This document shows positions 1-14,212 of a DNA stretch of 64,000 nt, piece by piece. The position numbers were made by a program, and so were the translations under genes. The notes beneath the pieces are model-generated. The model saw only the letters and a program-made list of their open reading frames with translations, made no database searches and had not been told where the DNA came from. The stretch comes from Eledone cirrhosa (lineage: Eukaryota): positions 57,040,001 through 57,104,000 of the forward strand of contig OZ024742.1 of assembly GCA_964016885.1 (NCBI GenBank), read 5' to 3'. How positions within the stretch are numbered: the first letter of the stretch is position 1; every line of letters starts with the position of its first letter.

Positions 1-666
1 CTTGCAGAATATTTGGAAAACAGTGCAGAAGAGTTGTGAGCTGGTTACAATACAAAATGTCCACTATAGAATAATATGAAAGAAATCGATTCAATTCTAG
101 AATACAGATTTCTTTTTCTTATGTTAATATGGTATTTCTTTATTGTCATCAAGTAAGATGAGACACAAACAAATTATAATCGCAGCTAAAATAATTAACT
201 GAAAATCTATTTTATAAATTGATGTGATGGAGAGAAAATGAAAGACAGAAAACATCCTGTTGACAATCAAATTTAGATTTCTTTCGAGAGAGACACAAGG
301 TCAATTTTGTAAACGTTGAGTGTTTAACTGAATCGATTCTGGTATATTAATGATGCATACATGTATTCACATCATAGGAATAAAAACACATTTCTCTTTC
401 GTAAACTTGTGACCTCAGAACAGTCAGATTTTGAACTCATGCTGTAAATCACTCAGTTTGGCTCTTTACCAATAGTTGATGACGAATGTGGAGAGAACAT
501 ACCTAGTTTTACTTTAAAGATTATTTCGAGATATATCCAATTAAATGAGAGCACGTTGTCAGAAGTTTGACTATAATCTATCTTGATTTCGATTGACATT
601 CTCTCTGAATAAGGCACGGCGACCTTCTTTTTTATTATTATTATTATTTGAAATAATTATTATTAT

Positions 667-1402
667 GGTGGTGAATTGGCGGTATCGGTAGAGATCGGAC
701 GCCATGCTTTGGAGCATAGAGTTACGCCCCTTTATGATCTGAGTTGAAATCCCGCCGAGGTTAACTTTGCCTTTCATCCTTACGCGGTCGATAAAATAAA
801 GTACCAGTAATACACTGGGATAATTGCTGGCCTTGTGCCTATTGTAGAAACAATTATTATTATTATTATTATTATTATAACTCCGAGGTTAACTTTGCCT
901 TTCATCTTTACGGGGTCGATAAAATAAAGTATCAATCACGCACTGGGGTCAATTTAATCGACTTTCCCCTACCCCCAAATTACTGGCCTTGTGCCTATAT
1001 AATAAACCATTATTAATGTTATTATTGGCATCGGTAGAGGGTCGGATGCCATGCTTTGACGCACAGAGTTATGGCCCTTGCCATTCTGAGTTCAAATCCC
1101 GCCAAGGTTAACTTTGCCTTTCATCCTTACGGGGTCGATAAAATAAAGTACCAGTAATGCACTGGGTAATTGCTGGCCTTGTGCCAAAAGTAGAAATAAT
1201 TAATGTTATTATTGGCAGTATCGGTAGAGGGTCGGACGCCATGCTTTGACGCAAAGAGTTACGGCCCTTTATGGTCTGAGTTCAAATCCCGCCGAGGTTA
1301 ACTTTGCCTTTCATCCTTACGGGTTCTATGAAATAAAGTACCAGTAATGCACTGGGATAATTGCTGGCCTTGTGCCAAAAGTAGAAATAATTATTATTAT
1401 TA
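667..1402 (+). mobile_element. Cluster of four tandem tRNA-derived SINE copies (about 667-860, 880-1010 5'-truncated, 1026-1200, 1213-1402)
   Basis: Repeated B-box-like gagttcaaatccc, shared core gttaactttgcctttcatccttacggggtcgataaaataaagtaccag, and tail ttgctggccttgtgcc followed by (ATT)n. Confidence 0.85.
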
Positions 1403-1692
1403 TCGCCATTTGTTTTGCATGGACGTGTTCGTATCGGCTTGTGTAAGTTTGACTTTTTCACTTATTTACAACGGCGTTTTTGCAAATTGTTTTGGAGGCT
1501 CCTGATTAGACCCTCAAGGAAGGTTACCTGCATAATATTTGGTCCTTTGGCCCAAATATTGTATTTTCCTCTTTGAAAAACGCAAGAATATTTTTTTTAA
1601 GTTCCAAAAAGAAATATGGATATAAACCCTCCTCCGCTTTCATGTGCCAGGGCACAGAAATTTAGCACGAGAAAAGTGTACGTCTTTTAATC

Positions 1693-3150
1693 ATGTCAGA
1701 CGTAGAGTTGAAGATAAATTATGCCAGCCAAGCGACCATCTCCTTTAAGGCGGCGGCCAAAAAGGTAGAAATGGTCCACGATAGCGACAAGGCGATGAGG
1801 GAGGCGAAGCTTTTGGTCAAGAAAAGCGGCCACGGGGTCAGCCGCGCCCATCCACCCGACATCATCAAAAACAGACGTCTGTACACGGTCTTGTACCGTA
1901 CAATTGAACACAAAACGAGTGTAATGACGCTGAAAGTTTGAAAACCGTTGGACCGAGGAAAAAAAGAAAGAACTCCCACTTTGCCCTAAAAAAGGGCGAA
2001 ACAAGCAAAAAAGTGAAGACGTCAGTGCCACCACCACTAACGTCAACAGCCCAATTGCCACAACCACCAACACCATCACCACCACCAAAAACACCACCAT
2101 CATCATCATCAACCCCATCTTCACCTCCATCAACACCACAGCAAACACAAAAAGCACCAACAACATTCCAAACGCAGACAAAATACGCAGCTATAGATAC
2201 GAAAAAGAAAATACTCCTAAATTGCATACAACACAACACTAAAATTTCTGAAACAAACTACATACAACCCCCAAAGATTGCACCTCCCACACACATAAAA
2301 ATAATCAGAATTTGCCAAAAGACAGGTAATATTTCAAAAAATGTTCACCGGGGCAACTGGAGACTATCGAAGGACTCTATCGAAGAGAATAAATACTAAC
2401 AAAGGTAAGGGTGTATTCCCTTCTCATCAGTTTTCCTCCTATCTTATCCAACATGGCTTCTCTCAAGATAGGCAGTATAAATGCACGTAGCCAGGAGTCG
2501 TCTTGGAAACAGGGCCACCTGCTCAACGATCTCAGACCACTGTGGTGGCTGTTAGCGAGACCAGAATATCCGAGGCACGAGCATTCGCACCGATTTTCTG
2601 TGGCTACGAAGTGTACGCATCTCCAAGCCGTCCGAGATCTGGAGGCGGAGTGACAGTGTTGTTGCGGAGACATCTCGAGATGCAGGCCATTCTTGGACCA
2701 AAAATATAAGTTGGTGGTACTGGACGTGATCAGCGGAGAAGGGCACGCTTTCAGGCTAGTGGCCGTCTGCGCCCCGACTGGGGCGGGATGGCCTGACTTC
2801 TTCCGGCTCCTGGAGACCTTTCTTGGAACGTCGCGTTCTTTATTGTTTGGAACAACCGGATAAGGGAGGAGGGTGTAAAAGCATCGCAAACCTGCTCAGA
2901 CGTTTCCAACTGTCTGACAGGTACCGTCTGGATTTTCCGAATGTGCCAATGTGGACATGAACAAATCGCATCGGGTCATCCAGATCGTATCTAAATAGGG
3001 TATTTTGTTATGGAAATAGATAGGTATAGCATAGGTTGCCCACACTCCAGCATATTCGACAATACAGACCACAAATTTGTGATCTGCGTTATCGACTTAG
3101 ATAGGCTTCATAGCCAGGGACCCTGTGACTGGAAGCTGAACGCCTCGATA
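1693..3150 (+). pseudogene. Decayed Tx1/L1-like non-LTR retrotransposon: ORF1 remnant plus APE endonuclease, 3'-truncated
   Basis: From the ATG at 2453, frameshifted APE motifs MASLKIGSINAR, VVAVSETR, SGGGVTVLL, FRLVAVCAP, TDHKFV and the downstream WKLNAS motif typical of L1/Tx1 ORF2. A Pro/Ser/Thr-rich basic segment lies upstream. Confidence 0.75.
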
Positions 3151-3188
3151 CCGGCGGTTTTCTCCACATGTATTTTATGTATGAGTAC

Positions 3189-3490
3189 GTAACTCCTGGT
3201 GGAGTCATTGGGGCATCGTAGTGACATACAGCGTTTCTTGGCATGTTTAAACCTGGCATAGCCCCTCACCTCTCTAAATCTAAACGCAACAGATTTTCTT
3301 CAGAGGAGAGAGAGTGATAGAAAAAACGTGAGAAAGAGATATTGGTAAGAATCGACCTCAGTACTGGACCTCGAAAGAATGAAAGGCAACGTTGACTTCG
3401 ATTGTATTTGAAATCAGAGGGAAGAGTGTCAGAACGAATCCCACAAAGTATTCTATCTGACGTTCTAAAGACTCTACCAATTGGCCACCT
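3189..3490 (-). mobile_element. SINE with long 3' part ending ggagttac (same family as 10674-10988 and 63056-63372)
   Basis: Reverse complement carries the SINE head and core (aacgttgcctttcattctttcgaggtc) and the tail ccaagaaacgctgtatgtcactac...ggagttac also seen at 10937-10988. Confidence 0.75.
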
Positions 3491-3914
3491 TTTCTCCTCC
3501 TACATATTCTAAATGTCTATAAGTTCATTTTCCATTGTTTTACTATATCATATTTTGAGGTATTGTGATCATGTCCTTCTCAAACCTTCCAATGTCGGTG
3601 GGATTAATCCTGTTTATGTTAACTTATTACATTCAGAATGCGATGCTTATTTCCAAAACCTTTCCTCCAATTATCCAATACGTTTACACATTCCAGTTTT
3701 AACTAAGAATAATTACATATACATATACTTACATACTCATATAGATGTTTACAAACACATACATTCCCTTACATATATATATATATATATATATACATAG
3801 ATGCTTACATACACATACATATGCTTACATATGCATACATGTGTTTACATATAAACATACATTTACATATTCTTACATTTACATACATATCCCTACGTAC
3901 ACATATACATCCTT

Positions 3915-3989
<75 letters not shown>

Positions 3990-3992
<3 letters not shown>

Positions 3993-4775
3993 TACTTTCC
4001 GTAGTGTTGTAATATAAATATTACACACAGTAGATGGACAGCTCAAGTAGAGTTTGCTCGACGGTTCCAGTTGTAGTTCCAAAAGTAATCCGGAGAAAAA
4101 TAGAAGGATTTTAATGGATACAGTTAAGTTAAAAGGAATTTATTGACACGTGTTTCTATAACAGTTACATAACCTGAAAACAGCTGCTATCTACAAAGTA
4201 TTAGTTATGCAGACATTCAATATTTCAATGTTATTATCAACTGTCATTTCATCGGAATAATTTTACTGAGGACCTGTTTGGTTTTTATAGAGAATATTAG
4301 GAGGGAGGGGTGAAGTTGTTAGAAGAATAGTTGAGGGAGTGGTTTTTTGATAGCAGCGAGAATTTTTGGTGGCAGTGAGTAATTAGATTCCCATCTGTTG
4401 TTTTGACATTTTTATAGAATATATTATTGGTTATTTTTCTAAATCTATAGAAGGATTAGAGACAGTATAGATATGCGTGGTTGGTTTTGTGTTTGCACTT
4501 AATTAACCTTCAGACTTAAATTTTTCTTTCAAGTGTACGTATCCTTTCGCCCACGCATTCACACACAAACATATATGCACACCTCTACAAAATACATATA
4601 CTCACATACACATACTTACATGCTCATACTTACATACATATACACATGCATACATATATATATACACATATATACATGTACATACATACGCGTTCATGTG
4701 TATACATTTTCATACTCAACTTATCGTTATATACACACGTATAGACACACACATATATACACACATACTCCAGTC

Positions 4776-4820
<45 letters not shown>

Positions 4821-6650
4821 ACTTTAATACATGAATGCACTTACATCTAACTATACACATCAAACATATATATATATTTACTTATTTATATACATTTTCA
4901 CATATATATACATACTTATGGTCGCTTTTAGACACATTCATTATAGCATATTTGCACCTATTCTCATCAGCATATCTTTCCATTATTAGTGTGGTAATTT
5001 AAGGTTATTAATATACATATATATGTTGAGAAGAGATTGTTTTTATATTTTTCTAACTAGATTGAGGTTTATATAGTTGGGGGGATGTCCCTCTTTTATG
5101 TAATATTCAGCTTGTAGTGGGAAAAAAGGGTTTTAGTTCGGTGACGGCAGAATAATGTTCGTTCAATTCTGTTATTCAGCAATTTCCTCTTGTGTGTGAT
5201 TATGTAATAGATCTCAAGATTACACAATTTGCAGAAATTTTGGCTCCTGGAAAAGCTTTGGGTTTTAGTTAATTCCTCCCATTTTAGGGTAAACTTTTGA
5301 TCGCTATCCCTGAGCGTCCAAGCTTTTTCTGCTAAAGTTGTTACATTTCTTTGGCTCTGGTGTTTTATTGAGTAAGAATGCCTATATAATCGAGATTTAA
5401 ACGGTGTTGCCGTTGATCCCACTCGTTGCCTCCGGATTTAATGGTACACTTATAAATAATATTTTTTTCCCGGCAGTTATTGCCGAGGTGGCAGTTGTCA
5501 GGATAGGTGCAGTTACAGTTGTGTACGTTGGGTTTTCTCTGGAGTAGTATTGCGGACGAACTTAGGTGTGGTTTATTTATGTTCTGTAGTGTATTGTCTA
5601 CTGTTTTTTTTTGTGTTCTTTGTACTTAAGTTTTTTAGTGTTTTCGTTTAACCTTCTAGTATTGATCTTTTTTATGTGTTGTTCAAGGTTTAACGCTGTA
5701 GAGTATGACAGTCTTATAGTGGTAGGGTTTAGGATTTTGTGGTATTTGTGTGATGTAGGAAAATGTCTCTTAATTATTTTAAAGAAGAGTACTGGTAAAT
5801 TTGTACTAATGGAACTATTGTATTCAGGGTTATACCATAAGTACTCTTTGCATCGCTTTCTATTAGTTTTGTTTGTTGGTTTACTGGTGTGTATACTATG
5901 GTAGTAAGTGTGGTTTGGTGTTGTGTTATTATATCTACCTATGTGGGATTTATTTTGGGTGTTTTGATTGTTCTCATCTATATACTCTATTTTGTTGAGG
6001 TAGCCTGCTTTACTAAGGGCGTTATCGTAGTACTCGGCGTGTTCCTTAAATACTTGTATGTTAGAAGATAGACCCGAGATTCTAAGGGAAATATTTTTAG
6101 GGATAGATTTAATTATAGAGATGGGGTGGTTAGACCCAACATTTACGTACTTGAGATTTTCATTCAATTTATGAAACGGTTTAATCAGACCAGAGTTTAA
6201 ATTGAGTGTGACATCCAGGAAGTTAACTACTTTAAGGTTGTATTCATATGTTATAGTTAGTCCTATTTCGAGTAGTAGTTTTCTTATATCTTTGCGTAGT
6301 TTTCTAGTTTTTGGTTATTTAGGTTTTTAACTAGGAGAACATCGTCGCGGTATATTCCGCCGTGGAGATTGCTGAATTTTTCCTGGAGTCTAAAGGCGAT
6401 AAATAACCCCACAATATCAGTTATTTCCGCCGAATCGATAGAGCCCATTGTTATGTCAAAGTTAGAGGGTCTATCTTTACGTACCCAATAACTGTTCTCA
6501 AATTTGACTATAGTTTTCCTAGCTTCTAATATAATCTTAATTTCATCGTTTGTAAGGTCAGAGTTATCCTTAGCAAACTTAATGGCTCTATTCAAAGTTT
6601 CAGGTGATATCGATGAGTAATATTCGTCGATATCAAACTGAATTAAACGA
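3990..6650 (-). mobile_element. Penelope-like element family A (Naiad-like), 5'-truncated and frameshifted, with 1.1-kb 3' region
   Basis: ORF pieces 6284-6595, 5598-6167 and 5096-5422 encode IQFDIDEYYSSI, FDITMGSIDSAE, GIYRDD, SNHP, LWYNP, CNC-x5-C and a GIY-YIG region. The 3' end abuts (TA)n at 3990. Confidence 0.9.
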
Positions 6651-6991
6651 ACATTATTCTGCCGTCACCGAACTAAAACCCTTTTTTCCCACTACAAGCT
6701 GAATATTACATAAAAGAGGGACATCCCCCCAACTATATAAACCTCAATCTAGTTAGAAAAATATAAAAACAATCTCTTCTCAACATATATATGTATATTA
6801 ATAACCTTAAATTACCACACTAATAACGGAAAGATATGCTGATGAGAATAGGTGCAAATATGCTATAATGAATGTGTCTAAAAGCGACCATAAGTATGTA
6901 TATATATGTGAAAATGTATATAAATAAGTAAATATATATATATGTTTGATGTGTATAGTTAGATGTAAGTGCATTCATGTATTAAAGTGTT

Positions 6992-7022
<31 letters not shown>

Positions 7023-7116
7023 ATGTATATTATGTATACTCCAGTCCTACACACTGTAGAGTGCTTCTTATCCGATATCTGCATTGCTTTATTGTACTAC
7101 AATAAAACTCACCTCC

Positions 7117-7184
<68 letters not shown>

Positions 7185-7854
7185 GACTGGAGTATGTGTG
7201 TATATATGTGTGTGTCTATACGTGTGTATATAAAGATAAGTTGAGTATGAAAATGTATACACATGAACGCGTATGTATGTACATGTATATATGTGTATAT
7301 ATATATGTATACATGTTTATATGTATGTAAGTATGAGCATGTAAGTATGTGTATGTGAGTATATGTATTTTGTAGAGGTGTGCATATATGTTTGTGTGTG
7401 AATGCGTGGGCGAAAGGATACGTACACTTGAAAGAAAAATTTAAGTCTGAAGATTAATTAAGTGCAAACACAAAACCAACCACGCATATCTATACTGTCT
7501 CTAATCCTTCTATAGATTTAGAAAAATAACCAATAATATATTCTATAAAAATGTCAAAACAACAGATGGGAATCTAATTACTCACTGCCACCAAAAATTC
7601 TCACTGCTATCAAAAAACCACTCCCTCAACTATTCTTCTAACAACTTCACCCCTCCCTCCTAATATTCTCTATAAAAACCAAACAGGTCCTCAGTAAAAT
7701 TATTCCGATGAAATGACAGTTGATAATAACATTGAAATATTGAATGTCTGCATAACTAATACTTTGTAGATAGCAGTTGTTTTCAGGTTATGTAACTGTT
7801 ATAGAAACACGTGTCAATACATTCCTTTTAACTAAACTGTATCCATTAAAATCC

Positions 7855-7860
<6 letters not shown>
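6646..7860 (+). mobile_element. Inverted pseudo-LTR (second, shorter 3' copy) of PLE family A
   Basis: Reverse complement of about 4101-5163. It starts at aacgaacattattc and ends aatccttcta(TA)n, with a nested insert in its internal (TA)n at about 7017-7120. Confidence 0.9.
7017..7120 (+). mobile_element. 3'-terminal fragment of the HHR-bearing element found at 50771-51180, nested in (TA)n
   Basis: tatactccagtcctacacactgtagagtgc...tttattgtactacaataaaactcacctcctaca matches 51117-51179. Confidence 0.75.
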
Positions 7861-7903
<43 letters not shown>

Positions 7904-7914
7904 ATATATATATA

Positions 7915-10515
7915 TGGCCTGAGGGCCACCTCCTCCCTGGAATGACGTCAATAGAACAGAGACAGACGGAATCCCTGCTGGCTCTCACACACAGGCTGTT
8001 CATGGAGCAAGCAATACTCCTCCCAACAAGAGCCGAAAATGTCCTGGACCTCTGTTTTACAAACAACGAAGTGCTCATCCACAATGTAAAGTTGACACCA
8101 ACAATTCTCTCGGATCATAACTTAGTAGAGCTAATGATATGTGGTCCAAGAGAACCAACAGAGACAAAACCACCAAGAAGCTCGGGGACGTTATCCAGCC
8201 TTAACTTCTACAAGGCTAACTGGAAAAAGATTAAGAGAGAAATCCGGAAGCAAACATGGAGTGAAAACACCGCCACACAAGACACTAACACACAATTTCA
8301 ACACTTCATGACAACGATACACACTATATGCAAAAAGTTTGTCCCGGAGAAAAAGACAAACAGACACAAAAGTCTTATTCCCAGAGATAGGAAAATCCTT
8401 ATGAGACGTAGAACCAAGCTCTCAAACCAGTTGAATAGTCAACAAGAAAACAAAACAAGAAGGAATCCTATTTGAAATGTGCACTACTTGGCACCGAGAT
8501 TGCACTCAAACTTTCCCATGAGAATGAGAGGGCAAAGAAAGAGTACAGGGCCATAGAAAACATTAAAACAAACCCTAAGGCCTTCTTTAAATTTGCAAAA
8601 GAAACTGCCTCGGTACACTGCAAGATTGGGCCACTCTTCCATACGGACGGCTCATTAACCGAAAACCCCCAAGAGATATGTGATATACTGAACGAACAGT
8701 ACAAAAGTGTGTTCACATGTCCACTGAGGCATATGCAAATAACGAAGCCAGAGGAGTTATTTGATGCCACAACACTACATGAAGAAATGGCGACCATCAA
8801 CCACATAGACATAACGGAGGAGGATGTGGTGTACGCCATAGATGAAATTAGAACAGACTCAGCTGCTGGACCTGATGGATTCCCAGCAGTTCTCTTAAAA
8901 ACATGTAAGCGGGCCTTAGCAACTCCACTGAAGATGCTCTTCAGAAGCTCCTTGGTTAGCGGTGTACTACCCAGGGAGCTGAAAGAAGGCACAATATGCC
9001 CTATCCATAAAGGAGGTAGCAGAGCGGAGGACAAAAACTATAGGCCAGTCTCCCCGACGTCGCATATCAGTAAGGTTATGGAGCGAGTCGTCAGGAAGAA
9101 ACTGATCACTTTACTCGAGGAAAATGACCGCCTGACTAGCACGCAACATGGCTTCCGCCCAGGAAGAAGCTGCCTTACACAGCTGCTACATCACTACGCC
9201 TGGGTACTGAAACAACTACTAGACAGCTCACATGTGGACGTGATATATCTTGACTTTGCGAAGGCCTTTGACAAGGGCGACCACGGAATGATATGTCACA
9301 AACTACACGGACTCGGCATAACTGGAAAAGTGGGTGAGTGGCTGCATGACTTCCTAAAGGACAGAAGCCAGACAGTCGCAGCAAATGGGGCCCTCTCAAA
9401 GGAAACACCAATAACAAGTGGGGTGCCCCAGGAGACAGTCCTGGGACCACTACTGTTTTTGGTGGCTCTCCCAGACATGCCCTCTGTAGTACATACAACA
9501 ACATCCCTCACTAGCTATGCTGATGACACTAAGGTAGCACAGGCAATCAAAAACCCGGCTGACGCTGCCCTTTTACAACAAGATCTGGATGCCATATACA
9601 AATGGGCGGAAGAAAACAACATGCAGTTTAATGCTGGCAAATTCCAAGCCCTACAATAAAAATCTCCAAACAAACCTGCAAACACAAATATAGTACAACA
9701 CAACTACACAGGACCAGGAGGGACCGATATCCCCGTGTCAAAATCGATACGAGACCTGGGCATAGACATGAGCGATGATGCATCTTTTTCCTCACACATC
9801 ATGAAAGTGGCGACAATTTACAGACAACTCGCTGGCTGGATCTTGAGGACTTTCCGGACAAGAGATCGAGACACCATGTTGACACTATAGAGGATATTTG
9901 TCCTAAGCCGCCTGGACTACTGCTCCCAGTTGTGGTCACCCCATAGTGTCAAACTAACCACGGAGCTTGAGGCAATCCAGCGAAGCTACACCAAGAGGAT
10001 TGCCAAGATGAAGGAGACAAGCTACTGGGAGAGGCTAAAGGAACTGAACCTCTACTCTTTGGAACGAAGATGGGAGAGATACGCAGTGATCTACATGTGG
10101 AAAATCCTGGAGGGACTAGCACCAAACTTTGGCATTGGGAGCTGGACCAACCGTCGAACAGGACGTCACTGTGTGGTGCCAAAGGTCCCGTCTTGCACAT
10201 CTAGAATAAGGAGCAGGTATTGCAATAGCCTGGGATTCAAGGGCCCTCAACTCTTCAACAAGCTGCCGAGGGATCTGAGAGATTTGCATGACGTGGAGGT
10301 GGATGTCATCAAGAAACATCTCGATACCTTACTATCCAGGATCCCGGATGAGCCCACAGCAAGGCACGAGGGAAACCTAAGGGCAGCAGCAACAAACTCC
10401 CTCTTACACCAGTGGCCAACCTATACACGCTGGATATAAAATGTGTAGCAACAAGGGCGGTGCCCCAGTATGGCCTCAGCCGGATGGCTGAAACAGGTAA
10501 AGAGTAAAAGAGTAA
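7915..10515 (+). mobile_element. CR1-group LINE, 5'-truncated ORF2 (partial APE endonuclease plus RT) with frameshift and stops
   Basis: PTRAENVLDLCFTN, LSDHN, GPDGFP, NYRPVS, QHGFR, YLDFAKAFD, SGVPQETVLGPLLF, YADDTK and SLERR across ORFs 7777-8475, 8472-9659 and 9930-10439. Flanked by (TA)n on both sides. Confidence 0.92.
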
Positions 10516-10673
10516 TATATATATATATATCCTTACATATACATACAGATTCTTACATACAAATATTACCCTTATATACATGCACTCATATTCATCCTTA
10601 CACATACATATCGTTAAATGTATATACATATGCTTACACATACAGACATAGATCACTTTATATGCTCTATATA

Positions 10674-10988
10674 GCGGCGAGTTGGGAGAGTCGTTAGAAC
10701 GTCAGATAGAATGCTTTACAGTATTCTATCCGGCTCACAACACTTTGAGTTCAAATCCCGCTGAGTTCAACTTTGCCTTTCATCCTATCGAGGTCGATAA
10801 AGAAAGTACCAGTCTAGTACTGGAGTCGATTCTTCCTCTATATCTCTTTCTCCCTTCCTCTCTCTCCCACTTTCTATCCTTCTCTGGAAGAAATCTACTT
10901 CTGGAGAGGGATGGACTCCGCTAGGCTTAAAATACCCAAGAAACGCTGTATGTCACTACAGCGCCCCTACGGCTCCATCAGGAGTTAC
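10674..10988 (+). mobile_element. tRNA-derived SINE with ggagttac-ending tail
   Basis: gagttcaaatcccgctgagttcaactttgcctttcatcc core; tail shared with 3189-3490 and 63056-63372. Confidence 0.8.
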
Positions 10989-11211
10989 GCGACCATGCTG
11001 TACGCTCTATAGTGTAACATATCATTGCACTCTTTTTGTTGGCAAACGCAACTTTTCGGTGATATACTTTCCAGAGCTCTGAATTGGTAGCGGATATCAG
11101 ATAACATTACACACCTTGAGTAAGAAACACAATCCTTTATTTAAATTAAACGTTAACTTCCAATTTCTATTTACAAATACCAGAACACCGAAAAGTCACC
11201 GTCTCTCTCTC

Positions 11212-11360
<149 letters not shown>

Positions 11361-11491
11361 GCAAAAGTTCTATTTAAAATTGTTGGGATACAACAAGTAA
11401 ATATTTTTATAACTGATATAAAGCACTCGACAAGAATTTGGAGTAGATATACGATATTAATAAATGGAAACTATATTTATAAAACCATATT

Positions 11492-11556
11492 TATTTCATT
11501 ATACATATTTCAGGGATACCAAATTAAATTATGGTATGCCTTCATCAGACAAAATA
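11492..11556 (-). ncRNA. Type I hammerhead ribozyme within a dispersed repeat (about 11360-11580; second copy about 35620-35835)
   Basis: Minus strand: tattttgt CTGATGA aggcatacca-10nt-tggtatccct GAAA tatgta TA atgaaata. Stems I and II pair, stem III is near-palindromic, core is intact. Confidence 0.8.
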
Positions 11557-12141
11557 CAATATATAACAGTTTTACAGGTACCCTATTAAAATGCAACCAT
11601 TATTTTTGGAAGCCATCCGGATAGTGAGTTGTTTATATTATTTTAATAAGTCATAATGTTAAGGACAATTAGAAAAAGACGGAGAGAAAGAAAAAGAAAA
11701 AGACGGAGAGAGAGAAAGAAAAAACGTGGAGAAGTATCGGAGAGAGAGAGATGCATGGAGAAAAATGAAAGAGATAAATAAAGAGAGGAGGAAAGAAAGA
11801 AAAAAGGAAGAAATAAGAAATAAGAAAAACAGAGCAACAGAGAGATATTAAGTCATCAGACAGATAGAAAAACTCAAGAGAGAGAAATATTATATAGAGA
11901 GAGGGGGAGAAAATGAAAACTTTACGTCATGTCATATTAAGTTGAGTTAACAATTTATATGAAATGAATAATAAAAATATAAATATTAATATTCATGAAT
12001 GGGACATAAATATATAATATGAGAAATTAAACATTGTTCAATAATGACTACATGTTTAGTTTAAAACTTGAGATCAATATACCAAAATTTGGGTTTAATC
12101 AACGAAAATGCTAGAGAAATCAGTATCTTAGGCAAAGACAC

Positions 12142-12174
<33 letters not shown>

Positions 12175-13239
12175 CGCACGTCCTGAAAATATATTTACTC
12201 AAGTCAACAATATAGACATATAAAACGCAGACGATTTCTCTTAATCACTGCTATACATTCCTTGTGTTATAAAAAAGTTCACAGTATATATACGTAAATA
12301 TATACGATTAACATTCATGTCTTCATATATACGATTACCATTCATGCATTTAACATTCTGTTAAAATTATGCATATCTGCAATCAAAACTGCGTGGTTAT
12401 GCAACATATCTCTTACCCACACACATAGATATACATATATATATATACATATATATATGTATAAATAAATATTTGCGTGCGTCTTCCCGCATCTCTCATG
12501 TATACATACAGACATATATATAATCATAAAAAAACCTATAACACTATTATATGCATGTTAATACACACATACACATTTGTATAGAGATAATCAAATATCA
12601 ATATATTACTAAGGATTATACTTTGCAAATATAATTATAACAATATAAATTTAAAATACCAAAGGATTATATTTTGGAAAGGACAAACGAATTCTAGAAA
12701 TATCAAAGCATTAAATATGTTTAGAACACTATAGAGTATCTTAAGTTAAAATAATATGTTTCATATATTTAGTATAGAAATTTATCCTACGTATATTTCA
12801 ATCAAGATATTGAAAGGGTAGACTTATGAAAATTATGAGAAGCTATCAGAATCAAAACAAAACTAATAAAAATAAATAAAAATAAAAATAAAAATAAAAG
12901 TTAAATTATATCAATATAATTTAAAAATTTAAAAATTTTAAAAATTTAAAAAATTAAAAAAATTTAAAATAGTTTTAAAAATTTAAAAATTTAAAAATTT
13001 AAAAGATTTTAAAAATCCAAGGATTCTACAGATATCCTTATATTTAGTATAGAAATTTATCTTACGTATATTTTATTTAAGACATTGGAAGTATAGACAT
13101 TCTAGAGTAGTTTATTATATCTATGTTTATATTTAGGAAGAAAGTTTAAAAAGAAAAAGGTGAAGGAATCTAATGATTTATCGACAGGTTTCATATATTA
13201 ACTAAATTACTTAATTAATTATACTACATTTTAAATTTA

Positions 13240-14212
13240 TATTTATATTTAAACGTTGAGTTCAATATATGTCTGCAGCAAATGAATAAATTGTTCCTTA
13301 AATTAAGGGAATTTTTGGACTTTAATATAAAGAATATTTCCTCAATACAAAGATCACAATTTTCTGAAGAGGAATTAAAAGGAGTAGCTTATGAAATAAT
13401 ATTCCAAGTCATCGAATATTTAACATTATCTCGTTTAAGGTCCCATATTAGGCTAGATAGCGAAGTTGAAGAGTTTTTGTTTGGATCTGTGAAAGCATTT
13501 TTATGATTATTGAAGCGAAATTTAAATTCTGTAGAGGTAGAACCAACATAGTTAAATGAATTTAAATTAGTTTTAACATTACAATTGTACACTACATTTT
13601 TAGCTAAGCAGTTGTTATTTAACGGACAGTTAGATTTATTTCTACAGTTACAGTTATTCAATTGAATATTGCTTGGGTTATTATTGGTATTTTGGTTAGG
13701 TTTTAAATTTCTATTATTAATTCTATTAATATTTTGTGCTAAATATTTGGTGGACGAGTAAATTAATTTTATAGTGTGTCTATTCAAAATTGAGTAATAT
13801 TTATGTTCTCTAGGGAAGCGTTTGTCAAGAGCTTTAAAGAATAGTTTAGCAATAGGGGTTTTAATATTTAGTGAGAAAGGGGGAGCAAACCATAATATAT
13901 TTCTAGTTCTATTTCTTTTTCGGCTTTTGGAATTATTGTAATGTTTTCTATTATAGTTGTTAAAGTTGTTACCATAATTAAAATTGTTATTATTTTGGTT
14001 AGTTTGCTTATTATTATTATTATCAATGTATTTAATTTTATTTCTATATCCAGCTCTACCTAACGCTTCGTTGTAGTACTGCGCTTTTTCATCAAATATA
14101 ATTTTATTAGATGAAATTCTTGAAATTCTTTCTTGAACAGAGTTCACTATAGTATTTTTAACAGATCTGGGGTGATTAGAGTTAAAATTAACATAATTCA
14201 AGTTCTCATTTA
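13240..14212 (-). mobile_element. Penelope-like element 3' fragment (thumb, linker, GIY-YIG), distant relative of family A
   Basis: NSNHP, YYNEALGRAGY, RNILWFAPPFS, CNCRNKSNCPLNNNC, VVYNC...YVGST, FRFNNH in ORF 13389-14237. Confidence 0.88.
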
